Assembly (NCBI GenBank): GCA_030704615.1
Contig: CM060734.1
Coordinates: forward strand, 32,240,001 to 32,304,000
Direction: 5' to 3'
From: Takakia lepidozioides
Lineage: Eukaryota; Plantae; Bryophyta
DNA length: 64,000 nucleotides
In this document: one piece after another, positions 23,290 through 35,675 of the stretch
How positions within the stretch are numbered: the stretch's first letter is position 1
How the letters are laid out: each line of letters starts with the position of its first letter
Translations under genes and position numbers: made by a program
Notes under the pieces: generated by a model
Database searches by the model: none
Seen by the model: only the letters and a program-made list of their open reading frames with translations
Told to the model about the DNA's origin: nothing

Positions 23290-24100
23290 AATTTGTCAAG
23301 AGAAACAAATGTGAATTCTTTGTTGACCATATGGATGACTTGGGATATTGTAGTTCCAAAGATGGAATATTGATGGATCCTAAGAAAGTCCAGACAGTTG
23401 TTGAATGACAGTGTACTAATATAAACAATGTATATAGATATTTTATAATGTAATACGTGAAATATATAAATAATTGTTTGGTGATAAAAGTCACCCCATT
23501 CAAATTACCCCTATCTACGTATGATGATATGATTTGTTTGGTGATCTCGGAAAGTGATAATTCTGCATGGTGATTATAATCGGTAATGAAAAACGCCTTT
23601 TGTTGTTATATGGCCTAAGCCAAATGAGAAGACTGAGGTCACAAATTTTATGGGATTTGCTAGTCTCCTACAGAAATTTGTCAGATCATTTCTGCTGCAT
23701 TGCAACTCTTTTGATTAATTATCTACTTAAGAATTCAAGTCTTGGAAAGATGTCTAGACTAAATAGTGTGAGCTTTTCAATGTGTCTTTGCTCATGGATA
23801 ATGCCACATACGAATGTTTTTTTGATGAAATGGGTCGAGGAAGAAGCTGAAGAAGAAAGGAGTGATGGATGACATGAATAGAGAAAGGTTTAAATTGCAA
23901 TTTTTTTGACAACCTTAAGGTGCATTGTGACTTGAAAAACGATATTATAATTTGTAGTGATTCGTGAACAAGTTATACCAAAGAGAGGTGTAGATACTTT
24001 TGGGGGCTTATATTTGGTGGTACGACATATCACAACATGCACACATGTAGCATCAATTGATATAAATTTGACCCTCAGTATCTGATCATTTTGGTTGTAT
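23290..24100 (+). mobile_element. Highly degenerate Ty3/gypsy pol relic
   Basis: CEF...LGY..SKDGILMDPKKVQTVVE and WPKPNEKTEVTNFMGFAS (RT-RNase H tether); AT-rich with many stops. Confidence 0.6.
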
Positions 24101-25079
24101 CATCAAAATTACAACTCATTTGAATGTCATGCACCAATAAATAGAGATCTTTTTTTGTTTTACACATTTACAATGCATAGCTCTTATCCTAATGAGATCT
24201 ATAATTGACAATTGTCACTTAATACTAAGATGGTATAATGTGTTGTTGGAAGAAAATATGTATGATTGTATTTGTTATCCCTCTAGCATTCTACACAAAT
24301 TTAATACATTGACTTGTTCATGCAGAATGCTCTAATACTTCTAGCAAAGAGGGCTAATGATAAAACATTGATCAATAATATATTAAAGTGAATCTACTTG
24401 AAATCAACGACATATGATCATTCCCCCTGTAGGTTGTGAGAGGAGCGTAATGCGTTGATCCAAGTGAATATATGACTAGGAGATTGTTTGAAGGTCTACA
24501 AGTAGTTCGGGGATTGTATTTGAAATCTAATCATATCTTATTTTGTTCATTAAAACTCTTCATTTTTTGCTTGTCACATTGCTATCTAAAATGAATTTGA
24601 ACATGTGAAAATATATTTTATGCTACATAAATATTTTTATATTGACTCACTTATGCTTATAAACCCTTAGAAGCGTAGCGTACATTTGGTGGCCACAGCA
24701 AAACAGTACCTACACTAACGGATTTCTCTGTATCTCTCTACCCCCTATCATCCATAAAGATGAACCCTAAAAACACATACCTAACTACATACAAAAGCTC
24801 GCAATTAACGTTGTATTTGTCAAATGATAATAAAAATATAAGGTACAAATTCCATGTGGACAAATAAATGAGAATGGAAATTGTCTGCAGGAGACCAATT
24901 ACACCGAGCTTTCCATAGGTGCCATAAAGTGGCCGTCTTGAGGGCCTCATTAACTAGATAGCTCATAGCTTTCTATTTTGACAGCTTATTGTAGTTTAAT
25001 CGAAGGATTTAGAAAAGAGACAACGGAGAGTGGTTCGAATGATCTCATCTTTATTTTAAACCTTGCAGAAAGGTGTAAA

Positions 25080-25558
25080 GTTCAAGAATCTCGGTAATGT
25101 CTACATCACATCAAATATATGGGAATGAAATGAACCAATGTCTGACTTTTAGAATTGTTGGCAATGTGCCTACAAATGAAATTACTTAACTTTGTTAATG
25201 ATCTATCTTTGGTCCATATAAATTAACTCCAAATTGCATATCTCATTACGGAAGTTGTGGCTCTCCCACTTAATATTCCATTTTTCCTTCGTAGGTTGAG
25301 GTTGAATGATTCAAAAAGGTGCATAGTTCAAAAACCTCGGTAATGTCTATATCACATCATGTATAGATATATGGGCAGGAAAATCAATGTCTGACTTTTA
25401 GAACTATTGGCAATTTGCCAAATGAAAGCACTCAACTTTGTTGATGATCTATCTTTGGTCCATATAAAACTCCAAATTGAATATTAGTTCTCATTACGGA
25501 AGCTATGGCTCTCCCATTTGAAATTCCATTTTTCATTCATTGGTTGAGGTTGGATGAT
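25080..25558. repeat. Diverged tandem duplication, ~245-bp period
   Basis: CTCGGTAATGTCTA...CAATGTCTGACTTTTAGAA...GATCTATCTTTGGTCCATATAAA...GGTTGAGGTTG occurs twice. Confidence 0.85.
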
Positions 25559-25599
25559 GATGCAATATGTTTTCTTAGCAATGAAAGCTAAAAAAAATG

Positions 25600-26500
25600 A
25601 CCTATGTCATTTTTGAACTGCCAGCACTTGCCATTCTTCTGATTTGTCCAATTGGAGATCTACCAAAAGCTTGACCGAAATCCAAACAAAACTGCCAGTG
25701 GCCAATTGGCAAGTGAGCAAGATGGTTTACGAGATTTTGGATTCTATAGATAAGTGTCGATAGATTTGTCATTGAAACTTTGAGTTGGCCAATATATAAT
25801 GGAGCCTATATCGTAGACATCATTGGGGAGCTAAAAGCGATGTTGTTAGCCATCAAGAGCTTCCACAAACAACCTTTAAGACCTAAAAATTGAGGGATCC
25901 ATTTTCGTAATAGTGCCATAGCTATATGGCTTGTGACATCTAAGACGACAAATCCACCGTTATTCTTTTTAGAAAGATATATATTTGGTCCAAGATATTT
26001 GTGGGCGTTTGTTTTTGGAAAAAAAATTGTCAGTTTCCTAAGCAAATTTACAGAGTCTCTCGACTTCCTAGATTTGGACAAAGTGTGTGCTCTAGGTTGA
26101 AGCACAGTACCAAATTCTAACGAATAACATTTGGTTTGTTACCAAAGCTCGGTCTGTGCAAATAGAAAGATGTTTGAAGCCCGAGTAAGCAAGTTTCAGT
26201 TTCAGTTTTGACAATGGTGGGGTAGCATCCAAAAGACCAAGTTTGTCTAAGGAAGATATGTTAGCTCGCTTCTTAGATTTAACTCTTTTCTATGGTTGTT
26301 GCATGCTATGCCTATTTGCGCTCATTAAATGGGTCCCACCTAAGTGCATTATATTACGACCTACGTATATCTCTTTAGGCATTGAGTGTGCGCCAAACAT
26401 ACAAACGGATAAACAATTTCACATATCATCGTAAGTGTCTTCATGTTTTCAGTGTTCTCATGGCAACACGACACTTTTCTCTTCCTCTCAACTCTATTGA
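25600..26500 (-). mobile_element. Degenerate L1-type LINE ORF2 relic
   Basis: LSKKNNGGFVVLD...ALLRKWI...LWK is typical of the post-RT region of L1 ORF2. Confidence 0.5.
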
Positions 26501-26908
26501 CCCATCTCAAACAATTAAGTCTTGGTCAAAGTTCATAGATTATGTTGATGTGGTAACTTAGTGACTTCCTTACATTTACTAAACATCCATTAATACATGG
26601 TTATAGATCTTTTTGTCCACTAACCTTGTAATGGATTTGGCTCCCCTTAGAACGTATGAGCATAGCTTATTCAAATCTGCATCAAATGAAACAAGCCCTA
26701 GTGCAACAGATAGCCCATATCATAAACGCCCGCGAATTTTTGGTAGCCACGTCGTAATGACGGTGGCTCCCTGGTCCGCCATCCGCGCACCTCCGGCCGT
26801 CATGATATGACAGAGACATGAGAGAAGAGATCTCTTACATTCCAACGTTGGGAGTGCAAGCTCATCATCTTCTCGTCCTAGCTCATCTTCCTCGTCCTTG
26901 TGCTATGG

Positions 26909-27200
26909 ATGCCGGAAAAGCGGATGTGTCGAATTTGCTTCGATGAAGTGGAGCCCCTCGACAAGCCCTGCGGGTGCATCGGCACTGCGGAGGTAAGTAT
27001 GTCAGTATGTCTCGTTGTCTTTGTAAGCTTGAATTGTGTTAGGCGCGTGGCGTCTGCCTGAATGACACCTTGTGGTTCTACAGTTCTTGTATATGCGCTG
27101 TTTAATACACTGGATTCCCAGGAACTGGAGAAACATACGTACGAAAGAGAAATTGTGGGGCGAAGTATGCGAACAGCGTTACAAACCTCCTGCCGCATGT
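26909..27200 (+). pseudogene. RING-CH (RINGv/MARCH-type) E3 ligase fragment with one intron (26993-27083)
   Basis: Spliced translation MPEKRMCRICFDEVEPLDKPCGCIGTAE|FLYMRCLIHW...GEVCEQRY; the His and one Cys ligand are substituted. Confidence 0.75.
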
Positions 27201-27404
27201 GCCCAAGCGCTGGTTGCCCAAACACCTCCTCAGCCACCACCACCGATGGCGTCCCCTCCGTCTGCCACAAGCATGCACTCCATGTCTTCATCTAGCTCGC
27301 CAAAACTAGCTCGCCAGTGCCCTAAACTTTTGTTGTCTTTCTTTGCCTGGACCTTGCATGCCCTGCGCTCTTACTTCCCCATTATGCAATCTGTAAAATG
27401 ATAA

Positions 27405-27802
27405 GAACAACCTTCCATAGGTACTCTAACATATTTGCATTAAGCAATTTTTAACTTGACATGAACATCCTTCCAAAAGGTATCCATCGCGCATGTTCTA
27501 ATGGTAAGAACAACCGTTCGTAAGGTATTCAACATATTTGTTTGGATTTTATGTAAGTTAAAAATGACACACAACAATCTTCCGGAGGGTACACCAATAT
27601 GTTTGGATTGAGCAATTTTAAAATTGACATGAACAACCTTCCGGCAGGTTATCCATCGCGCATGACCTAATGATAGAAACAACCTTCCGTAACATATCAA
27701 CATATTTGTTTGGATTTCATGCAAGTTAAAAAATGATAGAAACAATCTTCCGGAGGGTATACCAATATGTTTGGATTGAGCAATTTTAAAATTGATATGA
27801 AC
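27405..27802. repeat. Higher-order tandem repeat (~175-bp unit made of three AACAAYCTTCC-initiated subunits)
   Basis: TATCCATCGCGCATG, AACATATTTGTTTGGATTT and AACAATCTTCCGGAGGGTA each recur. Confidence 0.85.
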
Positions 27803-30800
27803 CAAGTGATCATGGGTTCAAAACGATACTGGGTCTATGTTGGATGTTACTCATTATGGCCAATCCAGCTATAAAAAGGGGGTAAATAGATCAACCGCTA
27901 CTTAATGTGTGAGTACCTGGAATTTGAGTCCTTTGGGGAACTTGGTTAGACAACTCTGTTGCCTCCATTACGGCCATTAGAAGTCGAAATGGAGCCTTTC
28001 GAGATGAAGTGACAAATTACATTTGCTTCAATATGTTTTTTTTAAATTTTTTAATTATATTTTTAATCTCTTCGTGGACGATATACACAAAATCCTTTGC
28101 TTGAAAAATTGTAGTGAAGAAAACATTTACAATTCTTTTGTAAGTTGAACTGGTTCATTGGAGAAAAAGAATCATTTTTAACCTCCAACTCTTTCAAACC
28201 TGGGCCTAATTTATTTATAGTGGCATCTGACTAGTTTAGAAAGTATTATGTGAATATCCCTCATGAAACATCATCTCTGCTTGTGAGTTTTAGACCCGTG
28301 ACATGGTCATCCACATGTGTGTAGCTAGTGTCATTTCAGGGCCATTTTAGACTATATGAAACATTTTGGATCAATTTAACCCTTAAAGGACGAGGTAAGT
28401 TTTAGCACTTTTGGGTCAAAATAGTATATACCTGACGTGCCTAGTTATATCTTCCTACCGCGATCCATCCACATGGATGAACCATACAAACTCATCCTTA
28501 CTGACGACCACCCTCTCACAAAGTCTTGGCAGATTTCACCATTCTAATTGGGAGATTATAACAAAAAAACAATGACACAATTTTGAACCCAAATAAAAAT
28601 TACATCACAAAATTTTGTTTGACCGAGGAAATTCTGCAAGTTGCGAATTTTTCTTGGATGAATGGCCTCCACATTCACAATTACGGGCACGTAGCAGGCA
28701 TTCTCTCATAATTTCATAGATTTGGGTGGGGCTGCTTTGTATGTGAATTTAGGGGGGTAAATTATCCAAAATTGCTCTACTAAGATCAATGCTCCTAAAA
28801 CGTCCCATGATTTTAGAGCAAATCCAATTTCCTGCGGTGAATCTATGCTTTGCAAACATCTTACATCGTAAAAAAGAAAAAGAAAAAAAAGAGAGCAAAA
28901 TTACAGGTTGGATGAATAATTTGTGAGTTTCTTGACCATGAGTTAAGCACGTGGCAAGCACCTAACCTGCCACGTGGGCGGTCAACTTGCGGATACACCC
29001 CTGCGCCACCAAAATCCTGGACCTCCGGACGCTTCGAAAATTCTAGCGTGTAGGGGTTTAATTGTTTTTATGCATCATCTATTGGAGCGAGTACAGGCGA
29101 GGGGGCCCAAATTTTCATTCAGATGTCACCTTCATCCGAGCTCATCCATGAAAGATACGACATGGATGAAAAATGCCGCTACCCGAAATGGATCGAGTCG
29201 TAAAAAGCAAATTGGTCTGGATATTGGTCCCTAGATGCATATTAAAATCCTAGGGACCAAAGTGGGTGTGTATAAAGGCCTTGGGACCAAGACCAAGAAA
29301 CTTAAAATGAGGTGTATCATTCTTCCTCATCTTCATCTTTTCCACCCAACATTTGAGATTGATTCTAACAGTCACAATCATTTGAAACAATTATATTTTC
29401 ATATTTCTATACTTCAACCACTTTTTTAGTGGCAAAGAGTCGCCAAATTTCTTGGCTCGGGTCCTGGCAAGGGGGGGTTGAAAACATGAGGGTTTAAAAA
29501 CGATGGATTTCGCCAGAATATGATCTGGTGGGCCCGCGACAGGGGTTAAATGCAATGAGGACGTTAAAAACAATGAATTTTTCCAAAATCTGATCTGGTG
29601 GGCCATGACAAGGGTTAACGCCCATGGAGCCCAAAATGTGCTTTTGTTTTTATTTAAAGTTAATATATCTTTGAGATTTTGGCAAATTTTCGTGAAATCT
29701 GTGCCGTTGAGAGCCCAGAAGTTGGCCATATGCTGTTGTTTACCGATTAGCAGATCATCTGTCGTTGCAAACTTTAGGGTTTTCAAGTGCGAGAGGGTCT
29801 GCTGGCCCTCCTGTCGCTCTCGTATGTTGGCCTCCCGCGGTTTGCTGGCATCGTGTTTCCTTTGCGCCCTTTGTGTCCTGGTCGTGGGACCTTGCTTGTA
29901 GGTGTCCGTTGGGCTTACAGTGCAGGTTGCCATTGCTGGAATTGCATGCTTGTCTCTCCCGCTAAGTGTCTCTTGCAATTACTAGCTTGCCTTACTTGTA
30001 TGTTCTATCTTGCTTTGTGTGAAACTACATAGTTGCAATGTCTTACATTTCTTGCACGTACTTTTTTTTTTTTGCAAGTTCTCTTAGATTTGAGAGCCTC
30101 ATCAAGGCATCGCGGTTGTGTCACTAATCTAGGCAATCCTTCATCTAGCTCTTGTGTAAGTAATGGGGTCTGGAGATTCCCCTCCCCCACCACCTGCTCA
30201 TCTAACCACGGAGGCAACTGTCATCGGTCACTGGGCGGGGAGCTTGGGCATATTTGGAGAGCAAACTGTAAAGTTGCTTGGGGCTTTGAACAATGACTAT
30301 CTACTGGAGTTGAAAAATCCTGCACTGGTGTCATGGCCTTCATTTCTTGGGCCTGCTATTTTTTACTATTTATGGAGAAGAGAAGCAGTCGAGATCCTGG
30401 GTTGGATTGAGTGAAAAGATGAAGGCCATAATGGTGGTTTCTCTCCTGAAGTGAATGCATTATTGAGGAGCAAGAGTTGGGCATGACTTTGAGAACTAAA
30501 TGCTAGCTCCCAGTATATTGAGACTGAAAAGTTTGGCACGTTCTTTGGATAAGGATGATTCTTTGTCTGCTTTTCTTTCTAATTTCTCATGTGATGTTTC
30601 AACCGGGCCTAGTACAACTTACTCATTGCGAAGCTCGCAAGTATGTTTGGAAGATGTTGCTTGGTATAGTGAGTCGAGGTTCGATTCTAGACCTGTGGGT
30701 CGATGTACTGTCAAGGTGGCTGTTTTGAACTTGCATGTGGAAGATGTGTCTTCCTCGTCCAACACAGTTATTCTTTAACTTGGGACATTGTGGCAGAAAC

Positions 30801-30899
30801 ACATTTCTTTCTTATATCATTTTTTGCAGCCTTTGGTGTGCATTCAGTATCCTCTTCATTGTGCGAAATTGTAGACGTGGATAGTTTATCTCTTACTTC

Positions 30900-32280
30900 C
30901 ATGAATGATATGTTTGGTTTGTCTGTGGATGAGCCATCTTACAAATCTGACAATGTGGATTCGGAATCGGATGACTCCGATTCTGACTATGACCCACATT
31001 TAAGGAGGTAGAAGATAGTCCTGCTGCATTTGGTGACCCAAACATGTGGGAGTATTATGTGACCACTAGCAATCCCGCCCATGAGCTGGGCCAATATTCA
31101 TTGCCTGAAAACTGACAGGATTGGCCTGCTGTAAACATGTTTGCGGACGACATGTGGAATTCTTCCACCGACTCTTTGGATGTCAAGGTAATGTGGACAG
31201 GTGCTGAGCCAGGCCCTAAGATTCCTTTCGGTGACAACCCCTATAGATTTTCTTAACTTGTTCTAGCCGGTGGTGTCAGTCATGCATAAGATAGATTGTC
31301 TTCAGACCAACATGCAGTATACACAAACTTTGAATTCCAAAGGGAATTTGAGGGGGGCCGCTGGTGGTACTCTATCACTGTACGGGAATTGCGAGCCTGG
31401 TTGCACATTCTATTGGGCATAAAGAATTGTCTAACACTCGTTGTTTTTGGAAGACCACTTTTGAATTCTTCAACTGTTCTTCCATAACTCGCATTAATGA
31501 TTCATAACCGGTGGGAATTGGGGATGCCATACTACAGTGCCTTCATCTTGTAGATACTAACATCGTAGACAGTGGAGCCCCTGGATATGATAAATTGATA
31601 AGTTGGCGAAGACCCGGTGGTAATTGATAGATGCTCAAAATGACCTAATAATATATAATATGCACAGTTTTGGCAGGCCGATCAGAACCTGTGTGTTGAT
31701 GAAATGATGGTGAAGTACAAAGGGAAATACTATAAAGTGCAGCAGTATACATGACAATAAAACCTATGAAGGGAGGAATTAAGATTTGGTGTTTGACTGG
31801 AGCTAATTCAAGGTATGTGCACAAGATGGAGGCATACCTTGGCAGGGAGGAAGATGTGGAATTGGCTACTATCTGGATTTGAGGGGAAATGACATATTGT
31901 CACAATCGACAATTTCTTCTCTTGCCCGAGTTTGCTTTTATATGACCTTGCTGCAATTGGTATCTATGCTACTGGTACTGTGAAGAAAATGTGTGTGGGG
32001 ACCTCTAAATGTTTGGACTTAGCAAAAACATGAGAGAAACAGGAGAGAGAGGCAAGCTCGACTACCGCATGCATATTTCTAACAAGCTTGTTGCGTTGTA
32101 TTGATATGATAACAAATGTGTGAACCTCTTCAGAACTGTTGTGAACCGGATGGATGATGACTCTTTCATTCAAAGGTGGTACCATGGTGCCCACCGTCTT
32201 GTCCCCACCCCCAATCGTGAAGCATGACTAGCATTACATGAATGGGGTTGATGTGCAAGATCAGTTGTGTGGCAATGTCC
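30900..32280 (+). mobile_element. piggyBac-family transposase relic (DDE_Tnp_1_7-like)
   Basis: Acidic N-terminus DSESDDSDSDYDP; NLCVDEMMVKYKG (D 31698); KP.K.GIKIWCL; IDNFFSCP (D 31908); GIYATGTV; YMNGVDVQDQL (D 32250). Many stops and frameshifts. Confidence 0.88.
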
Positions 32281-32825
32281 CTTCTGAATACCTAACTACT
32301 TTAGATGTGGGAGGATTTATGCTAGTTCTATGTTTGAAGAGTTTGTATTAGATATGGTGTCACCTTGCCAAATGAAAATTGGTGTGGTAGGATGGGCTGA
32401 TGCAAGTGGTTGTGCAACAGACTCGCCCTACATTTGCGCAACTAATAGGGCGTTAATTTCTATTTATGTGCTGTTGTCATTGTGGTGGATATTGAACTCT
32501 AAGATGCAGCATAGTAGATGTTGGTTTTATAATATGACAATGGAGCAACGGCAATTTTGTAGGGCTTACTATGGTGAAGTTCAATGTGATTTGCTGCCCA
32601 TTTTGTACGGTTGCTAGTGCATATTTTGTAGGGCTGCTATTGTGCAACTCAATGGTGTTGCTACAGATTTTGATGGTCTTCTGAGTGCAGTTCAATGTTG
32701 TTGAAGGGGATTGTGTAGGCCAGCTAGTGCAGCTGAATGCAGGTTCTGCTGCAGTTTATGTAGGGCTGCTAGTGCTCAATGGCTTTTAGCAAGCTAAGGT
32801 CCTAGGTACATAGGTGTTAGTCCCC

Positions 32826-32920
32826 TGGCCAAGTGGCGGTGCATACAAGGGGGGGGGGGAATCATCCCCTTGTGGTCATACATGAGCTGTCAATTGGGAT
32901 AGTCTCGTAGGTTCAAATCC
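32826..32920 (+). promoter_or_regulatory. Pol III type-2 A-box/B-box pair (tRNA-derived SINE head?)
   Basis: TGGCCAAGTGG (32826-32836) and GGTTCAAATCC (32910-32920); no canonical cloverleaf. Confidence 0.45.
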
Positions 32921-33539
32921 CACACATGTACTTCGGCTTAGGAGGTGGAATGTGGATGGTGGTCTCTTGTGACAAGCATAGGTAGGTCCTACTCATTCAA
33001 TCATTGATGGAGAAACACAAACAATAGTTGAAATGAAAAAACTACCCCCAGTCTTTCACCAAGTGTCACGCCCACATGGATTGGCCAAATCCCTTGGTTT
33101 TTGTTTTGTTGGATGCAGCATCCCAAGGGGATGGACTGACGGTCGCAGATTCAGCTCAAATGAATCTCATACACGTCACTCAATTTCCAAATTTACCAAC
33201 TCCAATTTCATTTGTCTTCCTAGGTGGCCCAAAAACCGGCCCCACACTCAATGGTGGGAATTTGGCATATCTGGATGGACTGCCTCCAAATTTTGCATGT
33301 AAGTGAAGGAGATAGGTGAGCACAAAATTCGCTGTCAATTTTTTGGAATTCTCATTTTCCTGCAAGTGTTTTCGATTTTTCACTGCGAGGGTCTCATTGT
33401 TTGGAAAAGTCAACGACACCTTGTGGGCGTTTAAGGGTTTAAAAAGCATGCATTTCGTCAAAAATCTGATGTGGCGGGCCCAATGTCCGCTAGGGGATTG
33501 CAGGAGGAGACACTTGTCACCATCCTTGAGATGAACAGT

Positions 33540-33800
33540 ATTAGAACGGAGGGTCCAGATCCCATATTGTTAGTATCACGAAGTTCTGTTTTGAAATCCT
33601 TTTTCACAAGCAGCGCTACTTGGAGTAATCATGATCACCAGTTGCCATAATTCCATAATATTCTTCTTATCTATTCTATTTGCCCGCACAAAAATCGCAA
33701 GCCTAGTGTAATTTTTTCTTTCCACAACTAATGAGCACTTCAAAAAATGTGGACGCACTGCCAAAGCAAGCGTAAATAAGAGCCTCTTCACAATGAACAC
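33540..33800 (-). mobile_element. hAT transposase C-terminal dimerisation-domain fragment
   Basis: ELWQLVIMITPSSAACEKGF matches the hAT P.SS..CER.FS motif. Confidence 0.6.
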
Positions 33801-34039
33801 TACTGTAGTATACTCGTCACAAAACCAAGTTCAGCCCTGCACATATCTGCCCCATCCGAAAGCCATATTATTGATATCAAGACATGTCTCATTCCCGGGC
33901 GACGAGATTTTTTGAAGACATGGCCATTCACGGTTTTCTTTATTTTTATCTTTCATTTAATTTATTTTTATTTTTTTTCAAAAGGAAACCTGGGAGCGAC
34001 AGCCCACAATTCAGGCCCTTGAGGAGGGGAAAAAATTAA

Positions 34040-34191
34040 CCCCCTTTCATTTATTGGCCATGAGACTTACAGGACGATCAACGGCGTACATACCGTCACG
34101 AACAATCCCACACACATGGGCAGGGCAGAGGGTTTGAACCCCGAACCACCAGGGCGACACACCGTGCACTTACCAGCTGAGCTACAAGCCG
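34040..34191 (-). mobile_element. tRNA-derived SINE
   Basis: Minus strand GGCTTGTAGCTCAGCTGG (A-box)...GGTTCAAACCC (B-box), non-canonical anticodon and acceptor arms, short body ending near AATAAA. Confidence 0.7.
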
Positions 34192-35489
34192 ATGTGCTCA
34201 TTTTTCAATTTGTAATCGTTGGGCCCATGAATGATCGAGGACATGCACAACCTGGCATAATTCTCAAGTCTGGATGATGATGACTCTCATCATAATAATA
34301 ACTAATCAAAGTAGAGCTAAACACGGACTACAGAGAATAAGGATTTGATCACAGAACCACCACCCTAGGAATCTCGCACGCTTGAACTGCCCATCTGTAG
34401 ATCTGTTGGTGAACCGTCCTGCTGTGAACCGTCCACGTGGCTTCACATTCGACCGTCCAAGCTGCATGAGGGAGCATCTCGGCCGCCGAACAAGAAAGTC
34501 GAACAAGTTGTGCAAAAGATGTTGGAGGTGGCGGCGTTATTGGCCGTTGCTTATATATAACGGCGCGGGCCAACTTCGGTGCTTTGCTTATGGGATAATT
34601 CGGGCCTCCATTAGCAATGGAATAATCGGTCGCGATTTCAAATCTGAGGATCGGGATCTGCGATGGGCGTGATAAAACCCGCAGGTCGTCTCGCTCATCG
34701 GCTCGCTGTCTTGATCGCCTCGTCTGTGCTTCGTGTGCTTGCGGGAGCATCCATGTCTTGATTGTGCTCAGCTTGCCTTGCCTGCGCTTTGCTGAAAGCT
34801 CTAGGGGTGGAACGAAGCATTAATGAGGACGAGGAGCATTGAAGGGGCACAGAAAGAGTGCGTGATGGTGAGGAGTGGCGAGCAGTCAGGAGATGTAGGT
34901 ACACGAGAGCTTAGTCGGTGGAGAAGCGGTGGGGAGAGGGAGTAGAATTTTGAAGAGAGACAGCGAGAAAGGGGAGTCATAGGGCAGATTATTGTTATTA
35001 TTCTTTTCTTTCAAACTCTGTGATGAGTTTGAAACTGGTTTGGAAATTTTGAATGCTCTGAGGAGATTGATTGTTCACATATTTCGGGGAGGACGTGGGC
35101 CAGAAGTATTCTTCTTGCGGTGATTCTTAAGACTGAGTCACCTCTTAGGCAGGGAGAGGGATAGAGGAAGAGTGCGAGCGCGAGTTTTATTTCCTCAAAC
35201 TTACCTCTCCAACGCGGTTCACAGAAAGAGAGAGCGATGAGAAAAAAGCAGGGGTGGAATCAGTTTCGCTGGAAGATTCATGTTAGCGCAAGATTTTCCT
35301 AGGAATTTTGCTGGCAACAGTTCAAATTGTCTGCCTATCTTACACCAATTGCAAATTCCGCGGCCTATTTTCCACCACGGATGCAGAGGTGGTAGCCCAT
35401 CAAGCGTAAAATTAGAGACGTGTGTAGTGGAGAGGGGCATACCCAAGGCTTCGAAGGAGAGAGAATAAAGAAGAGGGAAGTGATATACT

Positions 35490-35636
35490 ATGGAGCAAGC
35501 AGAGGAGCCCCACGTCAGGTTGTTGGGCATCAACGTGAGCTCGAAGCCTCGATGGCTTCAACTCCTGATTTGTGGGGGAGGTTTCTTTTTTGGGTACCTC
35601 GTCAACGGAGTCTGCGAGGTCAGTCCTCTTCACCTC

Positions 35637-35675
<39 letters not shown>

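Noticed and set aside
34118-34191. Functional tRNA gene
   Set aside because: Acceptor and anticodon arms do not pair canonically; treated as a SINE head.
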